This document shows positions 58,847 through 62,098 of a stretch of DNA of 62,098 bases, piece by piece. The number at the start of each line of letters is the position of its first letter. The first letter of the stretch is position 1. Source of the DNA: a virus (Duplodnaviria > Caudoviricetes). The DNA lies in the IMG/VR virus record IMGVR_UViG_3300046777_000588, positions 1 through 62,098 of that record; one strand, written 5' to 3'. Made by a program: the position numbers and the translations under genes. The notes beneath the pieces are model-generated. The model did no database searches, was not told where the DNA came from, and saw nothing but the letters and a program-made list of their open reading frames with translations.

Positions 58847-59191
58847 TTAGAATGCCATTAGACGCAGATCAATTCGGTATTGAGGGTAACCAACAGCCTT
58901 GAGGCATTTGATTATCATTGTCTTTGGAACTGGATCAGTTTCTTCCCTTGGATCAAATTGAAGCCAATGGTCGAACTCAGTCCATCGTTCACCAACTAGG
59001 CGATTGCTCCAGAAATCCCACCAGACCATGCGAGCAATCTGCCCTTGTGCGCGTTCTGGAAGGCTCTTAATGCGTTCCACCCATTCAGCAGGCTTAATCC
59101 TCTGGAGTGACTTCCACTCACGGATTGCTGACTTCTCACTCAATGACATATGATGCCGACTCTTCTGTTTATATCCTGTTCTAATTCTCAT
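58847..59191 (-). CDS. Hypothetical Trp-rich protein
   Basis: Coupled ORF. Confidence 0.6.
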   Translation of the reverse strand: MRIRTGYKQKSRHHMSLSEKSAIREWKSLQRIKPAEWVERIKSLPERAQGQIARMVWWDFWSNRLVGERWTEFDHWLQFDPREETDPVPKTMIIKCLKAVGYPQYRIDLRLMAF

Positions 59192-60195
59192 TTCTTTGCT
59201 TTCTTATCTTCAATAATTTTGTTAAATCCATCTTTGCGTTTAGCTTCTTCCTCAATAACTGGAGTCCTATACTTCTCGCATAGCTCACGGAATGTTGATC
59301 CAGACATTGTGCCGCCAAGAGCATCAACCAGATCATCCATTGACCACTTACCGCGAATAGCCGCACGGACGATGGAAACCCTGTCAAAATACTCTGATCC
59401 CTTGACACTGGATAGCTTGAACCCCGGCAGATAATCGCCAGACTCTAGCTTTTTCTTGGCTAAATCCTTGAGTGGCTTTACTAGCTCAGACTCAAATACC
59501 TTGTTGATTTCAAGGAATCGAGCGTGCCTAGCTGGATCGTTGGCGATTTCATCACGCAACACCGCAAGGTTAGCTGACTCCATTATAGCATGAGCCTCTT
59601 GAACTGGTTGGACAACCATGGGGCATGAGTCTTTTTTGGCACACCAGCTACAATACTGACACGGCTGGGGCAAACGCTCTGGATCATGGTAGGCATCCAG
59701 AATGCCATTAACGACATTCTTGGCTTGGTGGAGCGTGAACTTATGCTCTACGATTTCCTTTTGATCGCAGAACACAAGATAGCAAGTCCATTCCTCGCAG
59801 AAGTGCGCCTCCATGTTACCCCAAGCGTATGCCCCCATTTGTGCGTAGTAACTCCGCTGGATTCCCGCTTTCAAATCTAGGCTGGTCTGAATATCTGGAA
59901 TGCGAACATCTTCTGTTCCTTCATGCTCAATGCCGGGGGTTTGAACCTTGAGAAGTGCCTCATCGGAGATTATAGGATTATTCCCCGCAATCTTGCGGAC
60001 TTGCTTCAATGCCCATTTCAGAGCCTTGATGTCATCCTTAGGCAGATCAACCTCGTTCAACTCTCCAGTTGCTAGAGCCTCGCGGAATCTTCCATCTAGC
60101 TTGGTTCCTCGTTGTGCGGCTGGACCTGCTTCACCTTGCTTGGACTCATAGCAAGGACACTCAGCCAGCTTGGGCAATAGTGAATGTCTAATCAT
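59188..60195 (-). CDS. Cas4-like/DUF2800-type PD-(D/E)XK exonuclease
   Basis: A.RGT, GTED, DLK.G, QM.AY, C.YC.WC..K..CP. Confidence 0.8.
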   Translation of the reverse strand: MIRHSLLPKLAECPCYESKQGEAGPAAQRGTKLDGRFREALATGELNEVDLPKDDIKALKWALKQVRKIAGNNPIISDEALLKVQTPGIEHEGTEDVRIPDIQTSLDLKAGIQRSYYAQMGAYAWGNMEAHFCEEWTCYLVFCDQKEIVEHKFTLHQAKNVVNGILDAYHDPERLPQPCQYCSWCAKKDSCPMVVQPVQEAHAIMESANLAVLRDEIANDPARHARFLEINKVFESELVKPLKDLAKKKLESGDYLPGFKLSSVKGSEYFDRVSIVRAAIRGKWSMDDLVDALGGTMSGSTFRELCEKYRTPVIEEEAKRKDGFNKIIEDKKAKK

Positions 60196-60200
60196 ATTTA

Positions 60201-60305
60201 TTAATTGAGTTTAAGTGTGATATATCCGATTATTGCTACTGGGACTAGAAACTTTGCTGCTTCAAAAACCGCACAGATAATAAAGAGAGTATGGTCTGGA
60301 TTCAT
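60201..60305 (-). CDS. Possible 34-aa membrane peptide
   Basis: Hydrophobic ORF translated by hand. Confidence 0.4.
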   Translation of the reverse strand: MNPDHTLFIICAVFEAAKFLVPVAIIGYITLKLN

Positions 60306-60538
60306 TAGTCTGAGTAACGAGTTGATTTCCCATTATAGAGATGCTGACCATCTGGATTCATGGAGTAGTCAAACGAGAATGTCTGACCTCCACATCCGTG
60401 AGCATTAACTAGCTCCTTGATTGTATCGTGATCAAGCTTCTTGTCGCTGATAATAGTAAACTCAAACCATTCAGTATTGCCAGAGGCGGACATTGAAGTC
60501 CGCTCTCCTTGGAAGTTGATGGTATTATTGATTTTCAT
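60305..60538 (-). CDS. Hypothetical protein
   Basis: ORF in the early operon. Confidence 0.6.
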   Translation of the reverse strand: MKINNTINFQGERTSMSASGNTEWFEFTIISDKKLDHDTIKELVNAHGCGGQTFSFDYSMNPDGQHLYNGKSTRYSD

Positions 60539-60604
60539 TTTGTGGCTCTTGTGGGTTGTCTTGTGGTTCGTCTTGAGTGCGGACGGAATAACGCACGCTT
60601 TCCA

Positions 60605-61252
60605 TTATTTACCTTTCTCTACGGCTGCGACAAAGCGAGCCAATCCAGTGTTAATATTCTTTCGGTAGGTTTCATCGTTAACATCGCGCCATGTTTGTCC
60701 TTCCTTAATCTTTCCACGGCCAACAAGGAATGCGTTTACTTGTGGCAACTCAGAGAGGGTTGCTGCAACTTCTGAAGTCCACCAGTTAGATTCCTTCTCG
60801 ATTTCTGGAGCATCTACCTTGACTTCTACAGGCGCAGGTTTGACTACTGGAGTCTCAACCTTTGGCTTGGGACGGCTAGCGGCATTGCCATCGTCATCTT
60901 CAGGGGCGATGCCACAAGCGGCCATGAGGCTATATCGGCGAGCATAGGTTAAAGCTGATCCATAGCCTTGCGCGTCTTGCTTGGTAGCAGGAACGGAAAA
61001 CTTGCCAGCGGAGAGCATTTCACCAGACTCGTGCAGAAAGATCGTTTCTACAGACACTCCATGCTCGCAATCATGTGTCTGTTGGATCAATGCAATGCCA
61101 TGTTCGTTAAGGCCACCAATGACTGCTTCAACGCAAGCCGCTAGGTCTGCGTAGCGAGAACGGAAATGAGGGTTGGTGGATGATTTGAGCGCAGGGCCGA
61201 ATGCTCGTTGAGCGCGGACTAATGCTGATGCGATGTTCTTTTGGTTTTCCAT
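60605..61252 (-). CDS. erf: ERF-family ssDNA-annealing recombinase
   Basis: NPHF.S.YADL and Q.YGSALTYARRYSL..GIA.EDDDG signature. Confidence 0.93.
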   Translation of the reverse strand: MENQKNIASALVRAQRAFGPALKSSTNPHFRSRYADLAACVEAVIGGLNEHGIALIQQTHDCEHGVSVETIFLHESGEMLSAGKFSVPATKQDAQGYGSALTYARRYSLMAACGIAPEDDDGNAASRPKPKVETPVVKPAPVEVKVDAPEIEKESNWWTSEVAATLSELPQVNAFLVGRGKIKEGQTWRDVNDETYRKNINTGLARFVAAVEKGK

Positions 61253-61254
61253 AT

Positions 61255-61404
61255 TTATTTATTTTTGGTTTTTTTGGTTTGTTGCTTCTGGGGATAGACT
61301 GATGATTTGAACTTGGGCAGAGCATCGGATTGTGCGCTGCGGATGATTCGGATGTATGCTTCTGGAGGAAGGCAGGTCTGGTATTGTTTTTCGATGGCAC
61401 TCAT
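61255..61404 (-). CDS. Small hypothetical protein
   Basis: 49-aa ORF translated by hand (MSAIEKQYQTCLPPEAY...). Confidence 0.5.
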   Translation of the reverse strand: MSAIEKQYQTCLPPEAYIRIIRSAQSDALPKFKSSVYPQKQQTKKTKNK

Positions 61405-61442
61405 TTTTCTTTTGGGTTTGTTCTGAGGGGAACAGGGAATGG

Positions 61443-61652
61443 TTAGGCTAGGCAGATTTGAGATTGTTTGACTTCAAACAAATCCTCGGATGGAATCCGA
61501 TGCGCGGGATTTTCAATTGTGGAAACAATAACCGAACCGCTTTCGCATTCTTTCACATAGTAAACCAGCGTTCCGGGTTCAAGCTGGTAAAAGTAACCAG
61601 CAAGTGAGCGAGGGGAGCGAGTGACTTTTGAGGTTAGTTGGTAGGTTATCAT
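61443..61652 (-). CDS. Small early protein
   Basis: Leader AAATAGAAAAACCAAAATG. Confidence 0.65.
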   Translation of the reverse strand: MITYQLTSKVTRSPRSLAGYFYQLEPGTLVYYVKECESGSVIVSTIENPAHRIPSEDLFEVKQSQICLA

Positions 61653-61675
61653 TTTGGTTTTTCTATTTGAGTTGT

Positions 61676-61698
61676 GGCGCGGGGATTGAACCCGCGCC
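61676..61698 (-). other. tRNA T-arm-like hairpin
   Basis: 8-bp GC stem with loop UUCAAUC. Confidence 0.5.
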
Positions 61699-61707
61699 GA
61701 TGAGTGG

Positions 61708-61920
61708 TTAGGAAAGGTTAGCTTCTATGGTGTTCTCGCCGCCGGTTGTTAGAACGATTCCGTCACGCTCTGCGCCGAAAACGGTGATCGGTGTATCCAA
61801 GTCAATAAAGTGAAGGTAAGAATCGTTCATGGTATGAGGGCGTCCATAATTAACAACGCCGGTAAATTTCACTCCGTAGTATTGTCCTTTCACTTTTGCG
61901 CCGTCTTTGTAGATATTCAT
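61708..61920 (-). CDS. Small early protein (SH3-like beta pattern)
   Basis: ATG at 61920 with the same leader as 61652. Confidence 0.65.
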   Translation of the reverse strand: MNIYKDGAKVKGQYYGVKFTGVVNYGRPHTMNDSYLHFIDLDTPITVFGAERDGIVLTTGGENTIEANLS

Positions 61921-61971
61921 TTTTGGTTTTTCTATTTGGTTTTTTGCTCTCAGCGGTTGTCGCTGATCACG

Positions 61972-62098
61972 AGAAAGAGACTCTCGCGAAACTCTCAAAA
62001 CACCAAGAAAAATAATTTCTCGCGCACGCATTTATTTTATTGACTAGCCCACGGAACCGCACTGGATGCGGGTTTGCGGGCGTTTCAATTTCCAAAAA
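61972..62098. repeat. Second copy of the 127-bp end repeat
   Basis: Identical to 1-127. Confidence 0.95.

Noticed and set aside
59188-60195. CRISPR-Cas system (Cas4)
   Set aside because: It is a solitary nuclease next to ERF, typical of phage recombination modules; no array or other cas genes are present.
61660-61710. tRNA gene
   Set aside because: Only a T-arm-like hairpin is present, with no D arm, anticodon arm or acceptor stem.
429-61920. Stop-codon reassignment
   Set aside because: Genes are full length and densely packed under the standard code, and all three stop codons are used.

Overview
The window is an apparently complete, circularly assembled tailed-phage genome of about 61,971 bp. 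Bases 1-127 are identical to 61972-62098, which most likely reflects a k=127 assembly overlap. The + strand arm (~430-52,900) carries TerS/TerL, portal, a probable scaffold, a glycosyltransferase/methyltransferase cassette, the major capsid protein, modular fibre genes, lysis genes, two tailspikes, podovirus-type adaptor/nozzle/ejection genes and a 2131-aa polyvalent protein. The - strand arm (~53,000-61,950) carries ERF, a Cas4-like nuclease, an initiator, DnaB, SSB, RusA-like and DNA methylase genes. I recognised no integrase, DNA/RNA polymerase, tRNA or CRISPR array. Autotransporter-type beta-strand repeats and A-rich leaders lacking Shine-Dalgarno motifs suggest, by inference, a Verrucomicrobia/PVC-type aquatic host. 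The most notable observations are: a RusA-like resolvase apparently split across two overlapping frames; an Erv1/Alr sulfhydryl oxidase together with Cys-rich virion proteins; a candidate plug-and-socket chain of capsid fibres; several multi-stem or pseudoknotted non-coding elements; and a PAPS-reductase/Fe-S gene pair inside the ejection-protein cluster. All family calls come from motif recognition by eye, not database searches.
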